Source: Paracoccaceae bacterium
GTDB taxonomy: Bacteria; Pseudomonadota; Alphaproteobacteria; Rhodobacterales; Rhodobacteraceae
DNA length: 33,004 bases
Direction: 5' to 3'
NCBI GenBank assembly: GCA_007121055.1
Contig: SKMM01000081.1
Span: 1-33,004 of the forward strand
Position 1 is the first letter of the stretch; each line of letters starts with the position of its first letter. The notes beneath the pieces were generated by a model. It worked only from the letters and a program-made list of their open reading frames with translations, was not told the DNA's origin and ran no database searches. Both the position numbers and the translations under genes were made by a program. Below are positions 1 through 7,859 of this stretch, one piece after another.

Positions 1-150
1 CCGCCCCGCTTCAAACCGCTCGACAAGAGAGATCAGGCAGTCAGCCTCCATTGCCGCCTCAAGCTCGGCCAACGCCCCCAGCGTCAGCTTCACCACATGG
101 CGTCGCCCATCCATCCACAGCGCCACCTCGCCGGCATGCGGATTGACCAT
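1..150 (-). CDS. GTA tail assembly chaperone (g10-like), 5' part only; runs off the window
   Basis: Manual translation from ATG 150 (TGATG overlap with the tail tube stop) gives MVNPHAGEVALWMDGRRHVVKLTLGALAELEAAMEADCLISLVERFEAGR. The N-P-x-x-GEV and LTLGALAELE patterns are typical of GTA g10, and it follows the tail tube gene. Confidence 0.85.
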   Translation of the reverse strand, partial: MVNPHAGEVALWMDGRRHVVKLTLGALAELEAAMEADCLISLVERFEAGR

Positions 151-557
151 CACATCGCCTCGAACGCCAGCGCACCCGCCGACACGAGGCTCAGGGCATA
201 GGTCGCCTCGCCGTTGTGGGTGCCGGCGTATTCGACCGACGAGATCTGGAACGCCCCCGTCACCGTGCCGAAATCCGGGATCACCACCTGGAACGGCGCG
301 ATCCCGGCGCCGAAGAACACCTGCCGCACGCGTGCGTCGCTCTCGGCGTCCCGGAACACGCCCGAGCCGGAAATCGCGGCGCTGCGCACCCCGGCCCCGG
401 CCAGCAACTCGCGCCAACCGCCCTCACTGTCGAGGCTGGTGACATCCACCGTCTCGGCATTGAAGCTCAGCCGCGTGGCCCGCAGCCCTGCGACGGTGAC
501 GAAAGCCCCGTCGATCTCCATCTTGATCAGAAGGTCCTTGCCGTTCTGCGCTCCCAT
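150..557 (-). CDS. GTA major tail tube protein (g9, TP901-1 family)
   Basis: MGAQNGKDLLIK...VAGLRATRLSFNAETVDVTSLDSEGGWRELL...GSGVF is the RcGTA g9 signature; start placed at ATG 557. Confidence 0.93.
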   Translation of the reverse strand: MGAQNGKDLLIKMEIDGAFVTVAGLRATRLSFNAETVDVTSLDSEGGWRELLAGAGVRSAAISGSGVFRDAESDARVRQVFFGAGIAPFQVVIPDFGTVTGAFQISSVEYAGTHNGEATYALSLVSAGALAFEAM

Positions 558-614
558 CGGGGGTACTCCGTTCTGTGTGGGCACTCGGCCGGCCGCGGCG
601 CGGCGCTGGCCGGG

Positions 615-1025
615 TCAGTCCTCGACGAGGACGCGAAAGGTCAGATCGATCCGGCGGGCGCCGGTGCTGCGCATGCGGCTTGCCTCTGCACGCTGGAACC
701 ACACGCCGACCACGCGCCCGCGCGTCAGTACAGGCGGCGGCGCCTGCAACAGCGCGTCCGAGACGGCCCCCGCCACCTCCTTGGCCTGCTGAAATCCCGC
801 GGCATTGCTGATCACACTGATCTTCAGCCGGTGCTCGGCCGCAGCCGCCGTGGCGTCCGAGCGGTCGATCACCTCCTCCGGCCCCATCACGATGAAGGTG
901 CCGGGTGGGGTCCCGGGCGGGATCGCGTCATGGATCGCGGTGCCCACCAGCGGCTGCACCGCCGGGTCGGTGGACAGGCGGGCAAAGACCGCCGCCTGCA
1001 GCGCCGCGGAGGTCGCATAGCTCAT
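615..1025 (-). CDS. GTA tail terminator / DUF3168 protein (g8)
   Basis: MSYATSAALQAAVFARL...GPEEVIDRSD...RRIDLTFRVLVED; ATGA overlap with g7; canonical position. Confidence 0.88.
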   Translation of the reverse strand: MSYATSAALQAAVFARLSTDPAVQPLVGTAIHDAIPPGTPPGTFIVMGPEEVIDRSDATAAAAEHRLKISVISNAAGFQQAKEVAGAVSDALLQAPPPVLTRGRVVGVWFQRAEASRMRSTGARRIDLTFRVLVED

Positions 1026-1360
1026 GCCGGCTCCTCCTCCTCGCAAAAACAGGTCAGATAAGCGCCCCGCGCGTCACGCTCGGCGACGGCCAGGATGGCG
1101 AAGATCCGATCGCCCTCGCGGAACCTCTGGTCCGGCCGGGGGCGCGCCAGCGACCCGGGCGGCGCGGCCGGCACGGTGATGCGGTAGGCCACGCGTCCCA
1201 TGGGCACGCCAGGCCCCTCGCGCTCGCGGCCGAGGCCCGCCAAAACCTCAGCCCAAAGGGTGCCGAGGCCGTGCCACACCGCCAGGTGCCCCCCCGCCCC
1301 GTCGGCGTCCTGCAATTGGGTCTCAAGCACCAGCCTGCGGTTCAACACAGGCGGCCTCAT
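1022..1360 (-). CDS. GTA head-tail adaptor / stopper (g7)
   Basis: MRPPVLNRRLVLE...DGAGG...W..LGTLWAEV...RPRPDQRFREGDRIFAILAVAE...YLTCFCEEE; ATGA overlap with g6. Confidence 0.88.
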   Translation of the reverse strand: MRPPVLNRRLVLETQLQDADGAGGHLAVWHGLGTLWAEVLAGLGREREGPGVPMGRVAYRITVPAAPPGSLARPRPDQRFREGDRIFAILAVAERDARGAYLTCFCEEEEPA

Positions 1361-1956
1361 CGCCCGCCCCCACCGGCTGCGCTGCGCACCACCCGCCACC
1401 GCTCGATCAGCGCCATCACGCCAAAGGGCATCGCAGGCCCGGAGGCATTGCCATGTCGGCTCTCATGGTACTGCGCGGCCAGCATCATCACCGCCTGCGC
1501 CAGGTCCGGAGGCACCGACTGCCAGTCCGCACCAAAACCCGCGGTGAAGGTGACCTCCACCGCCCCGCCCGACACCGGATGCGGCAAGAGCCAGCCGGTG
1601 GGGCAAAGCCGCGGCCGGTGCAGGTCCGGATCGAGCCGCCAGCGCGCCGGGTCTACCGGGGTCGCCTCGCCCGCCCGGTCGAACAGCGTAACCGAGGCCA
1701 CCGACAGCACCGGCGCAACCGGCAACACCTCGCCCCGCGCGTCGCGCCAATCCGCCAGCCGCAGACGGAACTCCCGCGCCAGCAGGGCCTTGCCGATGCG
1801 CGCCTCGACGGCGGCAATGGCGGCCCGCAGATAGGTCGCGATCAGCCCGTTCTGCCCGCCATCGTCGATAAAGCCGGCACCCAGGCGCAGATGCTCCTTG
1901 CAGGCCTCCAGCGGCAGCGCCGCATCGGGGACACGGTGCAGTTCCGTCAGCATCAT
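1357..1956 (-). CDS. GTA head-tail connector (g6)
   Basis: MMLTE...ALPLEACKEHLRLGAGF...AAIAAVEARIGKALL...AGFGADWQSVPPDLAQAVMMLAAQYHE...MPFGV; GGAG RBS upstream of ATG 1956. Confidence 0.9.
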   Translation of the reverse strand: MMLTELHRVPDAALPLEACKEHLRLGAGFIDDGGQNGLIATYLRAAIAAVEARIGKALLAREFRLRLADWRDARGEVLPVAPVLSVASVTLFDRAGEATPVDPARWRLDPDLHRPRLCPTGWLLPHPVSGGAVEVTFTAGFGADWQSVPPDLAQAVMMLAAQYHESRHGNASGPAMPFGVMALIERWRVVRSAAGGGGR

Positions 1957-2001
1957 CTTGATCTCCGTCGCTGCCATGGGGCGAGGCTGCACCCCGCCCT
2001 G

Positions 2002-2030
2002 CCCGCGCCCGGGGGTGTCCCGGGCGCGGG
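2002..2030 (-). terminator. Perfect 12-bp GC stem-loop just downstream of the capsid gene (mRNA-stabilising or attenuating hairpin)
   Basis: cccgcgcccggg-ggtgt-cccgggcgcggg on the + strand. There is no U-tract, so it is not a classical intrinsic terminator. Confidence 0.5.
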
Positions 2031-2059
2031 GTCAAACCGCAGGTCGCTCTCGCCCAGCC

Positions 2060-3277
2060 TCAGCTGGTGGCAAACCGCAGCAGCTTGATCGCCTTGAAGT
2101 CGCTGACATCGCCGCCCACGCGCTTGGTCGCGTAGAACAGCACATGCGGCTTGGCCGAGAACGGATCGCGCAGCACCCGAAGGTCGGGCCGCTCCGCGAT
2201 GGTGTAGCCGGCGCGGAAATCCCCGAAGGCGATGGAGAAGCTGTTTGCCCCGATATCCGGCATGTCCTCGGCCACCAGCACCGGATAACCCATCAGCCGC
2301 GCAGGCTCGGCTGCAGCCAGCCCGTCGGACCACAGGAACCGCCCGTCGCCATCCTTCATCTTGCGCACCGTTCCGGCGGTCTTGGAGTTCATCACGAACA
2401 CCGCACCGGCCCGGTACGGCGCATCCAGCGCATAGACGAGGTTGATGATGGGATCGGCGGTGTTGCCGGCCGGAAAGCCCCCCGCCGCCCCACTCGCGAT
2501 ATAGCCAAGCTTGCCCCACTCCCACGAGCCCTGCGCCACCTTGGTGTGGTGCAGGAACCCCTTGGGCTTGTCGACACCATCACCGGCCACGAAGGCCGCG
2601 GCCTCGGCACGCGCGAACCGGTCGGCGATGCGCGCAGCCAGCCACCCCTCAACGTCGAAGGCGGCATCGTCCAGCAGCCGCTGGCTCGCCTTCGGCATCG
2701 CCGACAGCTCGTGCAGCGGGATGGAGATACGGTCGATCAACGGCGTCGCGGTCTCGGTCGCCGGCCCCGCCTCGGTGGCCCAGCCGGTGCCCAGCTCGCT
2801 GTGGTCCACCAGAACGTCGAAGGACGTCGCCTCGACATTCACCACATTCGCGATGGCCCGGATCGAGGCCGTCGAATGCAGGACACCCTGGATCGCCGCA
2901 GCGGTCTCGGGGTCCACCAGATACCCGCCCTCGGCATTGACCGAGGTGCGAAGGCCCTTCTGCTCCAGAGCCACATCGCGCAGCTCGGCCTCCGAGCCGG
3001 TGCGCAGATAGGCGCCCAGCGCCTTGCGGTGCAGCGGCTCGGGCTCCGAGCCGGTGGACAGGGCAGGACGCCCGGCGGCAGGGGCCGAAAGGCGCGCGTG
3101 TTTGCGGTCCAGCATGGTCAGTCGCTCTTCCTGTTGTTGCAACCTGGTCCTGAGCTCGGCGTGCTGCGCCGCGAACTCTGTGAGAAATCCGGTGAGGGCG
3201 GTCTTCACCTCCACCACCGGATGCGTGCCGGCGGCGAGGCCATCGCCCGCCGCCGCAGTCGCCTGTCTGTCGGTCAT
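2060..3277 (-). CDS. GTA major capsid protein, HK97 fold (g5)
   Basis: EGGYLVDPET, SIRAIANVVNVE, LHELSAMPKASQRLLDDAAFDVEGWLA, FGDFRAGYTIAERPDLRVLRDPFSAKPHVLFYATKRVGG; start at ATG 3277 after GAGG. Confidence 0.96.
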   Translation of the reverse strand: MTDRQATAAAGDGLAAGTHPVVEVKTALTGFLTEFAAQHAELRTRLQQQEERLTMLDRKHARLSAPAAGRPALSTGSEPEPLHRKALGAYLRTGSEAELRDVALEQKGLRTSVNAEGGYLVDPETAAAIQGVLHSTASIRAIANVVNVEATSFDVLVDHSELGTGWATEAGPATETATPLIDRISIPLHELSAMPKASQRLLDDAAFDVEGWLAARIADRFARAEAAAFVAGDGVDKPKGFLHHTKVAQGSWEWGKLGYIASGAAGGFPAGNTADPIINLVYALDAPYRAGAVFVMNSKTAGTVRKMKDGDGRFLWSDGLAAAEPARLMGYPVLVAEDMPDIGANSFSIAFGDFRAGYTIAERPDLRVLRDPFSAKPHVLFYATKRVGGDVSDFKAIKLLRFATS

Positions 3278-3281
3278 CGCC

Positions 3282-3878
3282 TCATCCTTCCCTGCGGCCC
3301 TCGGAAAGTCCGGCGGGGTCATCCCCGCCCAGAAGCCGGCGCGCCGCCGCCAACGCCTCGGCCAGCTCGCGCAGCACGCCGTCTGCGTCCTCCGCGCTGT
3401 CGGCCTTGGCGCCAACCCGCGCCTCCGACTGCATCGGGAAGGTCACCAAGGAGACCTCCCAAAGCTCCAGCGACACGAGCTTGCGCCCACCGGTGCGCTC
3501 GCGTTCGGCCTTCAACGTGCGATAGCCGATGGACAGCCCGTCGATGGCCCCCGCCGCGATCAGCGCCGCAGCTTCCCGGCCCCGTGCCACCTCCGGCAGA
3601 AGCCGGCCGCGCACCCAAAGGCCGCGCTCGTCCTCGACCACCTCTTCCCACACCCCGATGGGCTGGGTCGGGTCGTGCTGCCACAGCATCTTGACGCGCC
3701 GCCCGTCGTCCAGAAGGCGCTTCAGCGAGGCCGCGTAGGCCCCGTTCACCACCGTGTCACCGCCGCTGTCGCGGCGCCCGAACACCGAGGCATAGCCGGC
3801 CACACCGAAGTCGTCGGTCATCACCAGACCCGTCTCGGGCCTATGGAACTTGCGTTCCAACCCCAGGTTTTCCGTCAT
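3282..3878 (-). CDS. GTA HK97-family prohead protease (g4)
   Basis: GYASVFG..D.GGD, MLWQHDP..PIGVW, GLSIGY (catalytic Ser region), LWEVSLVTFPM; start ATG 3878. Confidence 0.94.
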   Translation of the reverse strand: MTENLGLERKFHRPETGLVMTDDFGVAGYASVFGRRDSGGDTVVNGAYAASLKRLLDDGRRVKMLWQHDPTQPIGVWEEVVEDERGLWVRGRLLPEVARGREAAALIAAGAIDGLSIGYRTLKAERERTGGRKLVSLELWEVSLVTFPMQSEARVGAKADSAEDADGVLRELAEALAAARRLLGGDDPAGLSEGRREG

Positions 3879-3928
3879 CGCTCGCCCTTCTCTGCTACCC
3901 GCCACCACGACTGCGCCGCGGGGGGCTG

Positions 3929-4216
3929 TCACCGACCCGCATCCATGCGATCGAGCTTGCCGCCGATCTCTTCCAACCGCCGCAAGAGCTCGTCCAGACG
4001 GCTTTCCAGAACCGCGATCTGGCGATCGGCCATCATCATCTGCCGCTGGGTGTCAGGCGAGACCCGCCGGATCTCGGCAATCCCCAGCTCCATGCCCGCG
4101 ACACGGGTGTTCTGAACGCCAGCCCACCAGATCGCGAGGCCCGCCTGTGCCGACAGCATCAGCGCAAGGCTCACCCAGGCCAGGACGATTCCGATCCGAA
4201 AGCCATTTTCTTCCAT
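3929..4216 (-). CDS. Hypothetical 95-aa protein with an N-terminal transmembrane helix and C-terminal coiled coil, inside the GTA cluster
   Basis: GGAGGGAG RBS 8 nt before ATG 4216. The product is MEENGFRIGIVLAWVSLALMLSAQAGLAIWWAG...IAVLESRLDELLRRLEEIGGKLDRMDAGR. It is co-oriented and fills the g3.5-g4 gap without overlap. Confidence 0.75.
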   Translation of the reverse strand: MEENGFRIGIVLAWVSLALMLSAQAGLAIWWAGVQNTRVAGMELGIAEIRRVSPDTQRQMMMADRQIAVLESRLDELLRRLEEIGGKLDRMDAGR

Positions 4217-4239
4217 GTCGCGTGCTCCCTCCGTGCGGC

Positions 4240-4485
4240 TCACAGCGACAGGCCCGGCGTCAGGGACAACACCACCTGTGCCAGGATCGCAGCCACCACG
4301 CCGTAGACGGTCAGCCACAGCCGCCGTTCAAGCCGCTCCAGCATCGCCTCCATGCGGCACAGCCGATGCTCGAGCGCGACCCAACGCTCCTCGTGAACAC
4401 GCTCGTTGACCTCGATCCGGGCATGCGCCGCGTCGAAATTGTCGTAATATTGCCGCGTCGCCCTGCCATGCCGGCGCGAGATCAT
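4240..4485 (-). CDS. GTA g3.5 small protein (rcc01685-like), coiled coil plus C-terminal hydrophobic helix
   Basis: FDAAHARIEVNERVHEERWVALEHRL...LERLERRLWLTVYGVVAAILAQ; ATGA overlap with the portal stop. Confidence 0.85.
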   Translation of the reverse strand: MISRRHGRATRQYYDNFDAAHARIEVNERVHEERWVALEHRLCRMEAMLERLERRLWLTVYGVVAAILAQVVLSLTPGLSL

Positions 4486-5696
4486 GTCCCGTCCGCCAGC
4501 CGCGGCAGGCCCAGAAGGGCCCGCTTTTCGGCGTCCGTCAGGAAGCTTGCCGCACCCACCCGGGCCCATTGCTGGTCGCGCTCGGCAGCCAGCGCCGGCA
4601 CCTGGTCGAGGTCCGGCTTCAACTCCACGGGCTCACCCGAGAAGCCGGACAGCCAATGCGCCAGCGACGCCGCCACCCGGGTCGCCAGGGGAACCACCGT
4701 CAACCGATAGAAGGCGCGGTTGGCCTCCTGATAGTTGGCATAGGTGGCATCACCCGGCACCCCCAGCAGCATCGGCGGCACCCCGAAGGCCATGGCGATC
4801 TCGCGCGCAGCGGCCTCCTTGGTCTTCTGGAACTCCATGTCCGAGGGTGAGAAGCCCATCTGCTTCCAGTCCAGGCCACCCTCCAGCAGCATCGGACGGC
4901 CCGCATTGCGCGCCCCCTGATGGTTGGCCTCGATCTCGGCCACCAGCCGGTCGTACTGGTCGGCCGACAGGCCTCCATGACCGTCGGCCCCGGCGTAGAC
5001 GATCGCCCCCGACGGCCGGGCAGCGTTCTCCAACAGCGCCTGCGACCAGCGCGACGCGGCGTTGTGCACCTCCAACGCCGTCGAGGCCGCCTCCAGCGGC
5101 GACAGCCCGTAATGGTCGTCCAGAGGGTGGAAGCTGCGGATATGGCACACCGGCGCCAGCTCGCCGGTCATGTCGAACCGGTGCTTGCGATTGCCCACCG
5201 CGTATTCATAGGCCTGCGGCCAGCCATCCGCCCCCGGCAGAACCCGCATCCGGTCCGAGCGGAGCACATGCAGCTCCGCCGGCAGCGCCAGCGACGCGGC
5301 ATCGTCCTCACTCACCGCCTCGACATAGGCGTTGCCCGACAGCAGAAGCTGAGCGTACAGCGCCTCCAGAAAATCCGCCCGGCCCTGCGCCGGGTTCGGC
5401 TGGCGCATCAGCCCAAGCATAGGGTGCGCCTCGTACCGCCGGTCGCAATCCTGCAGCACCAGCGGCAACGCGGCGGCGGCCTCGGCGATCAGCCGCACCG
5501 CCCGGAAGCCCACCGGGTTGCCCTGAAAGCCCCCGCGCACCAGGCTGCGCCCGTCGCGTGGGCCCCAGACCGGCCGCGAGGCCTGCTGCGCCGTGCCAAT
5601 CCAAGGCGTGATCCGCCCCGCCGTCAATGGCCCGACTGCCGAAGCCTTCGCCTCCGGCACCGCGGACTGACCGCGGCGAAACAAGCCCAGAACCAT
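4482..5696 (-). CDS. GTA portal protein, HK97 family (g3)
   Basis: NPVGFRAVRLIAEAAAALP, LLLSGNAYVE, HPLDDHYGLSP, NAARPSGA, LLEGGLDWKQMGFSPSDMEF, AFGVPPMLLG..GDATYANYQEANRAF; start ATG 5696 after GAGGAG/GAAGG. Confidence 0.96.
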   Translation of the reverse strand: MVLGLFRRGQSAVPEAKASAVGPLTAGRITPWIGTAQQASRPVWGPRDGRSLVRGGFQGNPVGFRAVRLIAEAAAALPLVLQDCDRRYEAHPMLGLMRQPNPAQGRADFLEALYAQLLLSGNAYVEAVSEDDAASLALPAELHVLRSDRMRVLPGADGWPQAYEYAVGNRKHRFDMTGELAPVCHIRSFHPLDDHYGLSPLEAASTALEVHNAASRWSQALLENAARPSGAIVYAGADGHGGLSADQYDRLVAEIEANHQGARNAGRPMLLEGGLDWKQMGFSPSDMEFQKTKEAAAREIAMAFGVPPMLLGVPGDATYANYQEANRAFYRLTVVPLATRVAASLAHWLSGFSGEPVELKPDLDQVPALAAERDQQWARVGAASFLTDAEKRALLGLPRLADGT

Positions 5697-6037
5697 CCCT
5701 TCGCTCTCCTCTTGTGGCGGGGCCGGGGCCAAAGCCCCCACCCGAAAGCCGCCGGACCACCGCCCCCTTCAACGAAGACCACCGCCCGGACTGAATTCGC
5801 CCTGTCTGTAGTGCACCACGGTCTCGCCAACCGCGGGCGAACCGACACCGGCACCGCCCCGTTGGCCCAGGGCGGCCAAGGGGCCCGCACCCACAGCCCT
5901 CCCGCCCGCTGCCGCAGCACAGGCATCGGTAGGTCAGTCCACGGTCGCGGCAACAGCTTTCACTGATCGCGAACACGGTCGTCGCCGAAGCGCTGCCACC
6001 GAACCCGCTCGGAGCGGACCGCTTCCGCGGCGCCCTT

Positions 6038-7453
6038 TCAGAGAGGCCGCATCCGCGGCCGGCGCCAGGCCGCAGCCGGTGCCAGCATCAGATCGGTCAG
6101 CGCCCACACCAGCGCGTCGACCCGGTCCGGGCTGCCGCGCCCGACGAACCCCTGTGGCGTCATCAGCACCATCTGGTCCTCGAGCGGGCCCAACCCTCGC
6201 AGATGCGCCACCCGACCCTGTTCATAGAGGGCGGCCACCGGCTCGGCCCGCGCGACCTTGCCACGGCTGGCGCGCACCGGCCGGTAGGACACCATCGGGT
6301 CCACCTGCCGCACCAACTGCTCCACCAGATCGCCGCCCTGGTTGACCTCGGCCACCAGCCGGTCGGCCCCATGCCGCGCCACCGCCGCCACCGCCGCCCG
6401 CGCCCAAACAAGCGGCGAGGCCGCCGTGACGCTCGCATCCTCCAGCACCACCGCCCGCCACTCCTGCGGCGGACCCTCGGCCAGAACGCCGGCGACCAAG
6501 ATCCCGCAGGCATCGGACCCCGAATGCCCAGTGACCGGCGGGTCCACTGCCACCACCACCCGGCTCAGTGCAGGGGCTGCATCGATACGTGCGGCCTCCA
6601 GCCCAACGGTGGTCCACAACGCCCCCTCGGCCTCCTCAAGCAGATGCCCCTCCAGCTCTTGCCGCCCGAGCCGGGTGCCGCCATAGCGCGCGGCCATCTC
6701 GTCCAGAAACGACGGCGCCAACCAGGCGCGGTTCGCCACCGTCGGCGCGTGGGTCGTCACCGTCGAGGGGCTCGCCAGCAACGCCTTCAGCGCCGGCGCG
6801 TTGCGCGGCGTCGTGGTCACCACTTGCCGCGGCGCGGGGCCCGATCGCAGCGCGAACTGCAGCATATCCCACGCCTCCACCCCCCGCTTCCATTTCGCGA
6901 GCTCGTCAACCCAGGCCGCGTCGAATTGCGGACCCCGCAGGTTCTCCGGCTCGGAGGCCGAAAACGCCTGCGCCACCGCCCCGTTGGGCCATACCAGCCG
7001 ACGCCGCGTCGCCTCCCAATGCGGGCGCCGGTCGGGCGGCGAACAGGCAATGACCCCCGAGGGCCCCATCACCATGACCTCCAGCACCTGGTCGAAGGTT
7101 TCGCCCACCAGCGCCACCTGCCGCGCCCGACCGGGATCGGTCGGGCGCGGCCCCTCGACCTGGGCGCGCACCCACTCAGCGCCCGCGCGGGTCTTGCCCG
7201 CGCCGCGCCCGCCCAGGCAGACCCAGCTGCGCCAATCGCCCTCGGGCGGAAGCTGGTGCGGCCAGGCCCAGATCTCGAACAGCCAGGGAAGGGCTGCCTC
7301 GGCGTTGTCACTCAGCCGCCGCAAGGCCTGAGCTTGCTGCCTCGCTGGCGCGCAGGCGAGCCAGACGCCGGCCGACTTCAGCGCGGGCCGCGTCGAGGTC
7401 GAGGACGTCACGGCCCGCGACGGCCGCCTCTTCGCGCCGGATTTTCTGGGCAT
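6038..7453 (-). CDS. GTA large terminase (g2); start codon uncertain
   Basis: Walker A GGRGAGKT, Walker B AAWVDE, coupling motif TTTP, nuclease motifs VAVDP and SPDRVDALVWA. Confidence 0.95.
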   Translation of the reverse strand: MPRKSGAKRRPSRAVTSSTSTRPALKSAGVWLACAPARQQAQALRRLSDNAEAALPWLFEIWAWPHQLPPEGDWRSWVCLGGRGAGKTRAGAEWVRAQVEGPRPTDPGRARQVALVGETFDQVLEVMVMGPSGVIACSPPDRRPHWEATRRRLVWPNGAVAQAFSASEPENLRGPQFDAAWVDELAKWKRGVEAWDMLQFALRSGPAPRQVVTTTPRNAPALKALLASPSTVTTHAPTVANRAWLAPSFLDEMAARYGGTRLGRQELEGHLLEEAEGALWTTVGLEAARIDAAPALSRVVVAVDPPVTGHSGSDACGILVAGVLAEGPPQEWRAVVLEDASVTAASPLVWARAAVAAVARHGADRLVAEVNQGGDLVEQLVRQVDPMVSYRPVRASRGKVARAEPVAALYEQGRVAHLRGLGPLEDQMVLMTPQGFVGRGSPDRVDALVWALTDLMLAPAAAWRRPRMRPL

Positions 7454-7661
7454 GCTGCCTTTCCGTGATCGCCGCCGTGAGGGCCCGCCGCAGCGCTGCC
7501 TGCTCCTTCAGCAACTCGTCGAGCTTGCCGAACTCCCCGGCTTCGACATGCCCCATCACCCGCTGCAGCGCGGCGGCCGTCTGGTCCAGCAGCCGGATGG
7601 TCGCCACGACGGGGTCATAGCCGGCGGGGGAATCCCCCTCCGGCGGCAATGTCTGCTGCAT
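7308..7661 (-). CDS. GTA small terminase (g1)
   Basis: 117 aa, helical, with C-terminal LDLDAARAEVGRRLARLR typical of g1; AGGGAG RBS upstream of ATG 7661; first gene of the cluster, overlapping g2. Confidence 0.85.
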   Translation of the reverse strand: MQQTLPPEGDSPAGYDPVVATIRLLDQTAAALQRVMGHVEAGEFGKLDELLKEQAALRRALTAAITERQHAQKIRREEAAVAGRDVLDLDAARAEVGRRLARLRASEAASSGLAAAE

Positions 7662-7769
7662 GGTGATGGTCTCCCTACGGGCGGCTCGACGCCCGGATCC
7701 CGCGGGCCGATCCCCGCGGAACCGGGACCGGATGGTCGAATGCGCCCCGTAACCCGCCCGGATGCGGGC

Positions 7770-7805
7770 AACAAAAAACGGCCTCGGGTTTCCCCTTAGC
7801 CGCTT
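7770..7805 (-). terminator. Intrinsic-terminator-like hairpin in the GTA operon leader
   Basis: Minus strand AAGCGGCT-AA-GGG-GAAA-CCC-GA-GGCCGTTTTTTGTT: a stem with a GAAA tetraloop followed by a U-tract, between the predicted promoter and g1. Confidence 0.75.
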
Positions 7806-7830
7806 GCCCACCTCTTCCAGCTTGCCTCAA

Positions 7831-7859
7831 GGTATACCTTCGGGCGCGCGAAAGGTCAA
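7831..7859 (-). promoter_or_regulatory. Predicted sigma70-type promoter of the GTA cluster
   Basis: Minus strand TTGACC (7859-7854), a 17-nt spacer, then TATACC (7836-7831); AT-rich segment upstream (7861-7880). Confidence 0.7.

Noticed and set aside
5624-5953. 109-aa ORF in the terminase-portal gap
   Set aside because: TTG start without a clear RBS, overlaps the portal gene out of frame, and has an atypical Trp/Arg/Pro-rich composition.
1-7661. Prophage interpretation of the phage-like genes
   Set aside because: No integrase, repressor, replication genes or att-like repeat at the visible boundary; gene order and the mltG-fabF neighbourhood match RcGTA.
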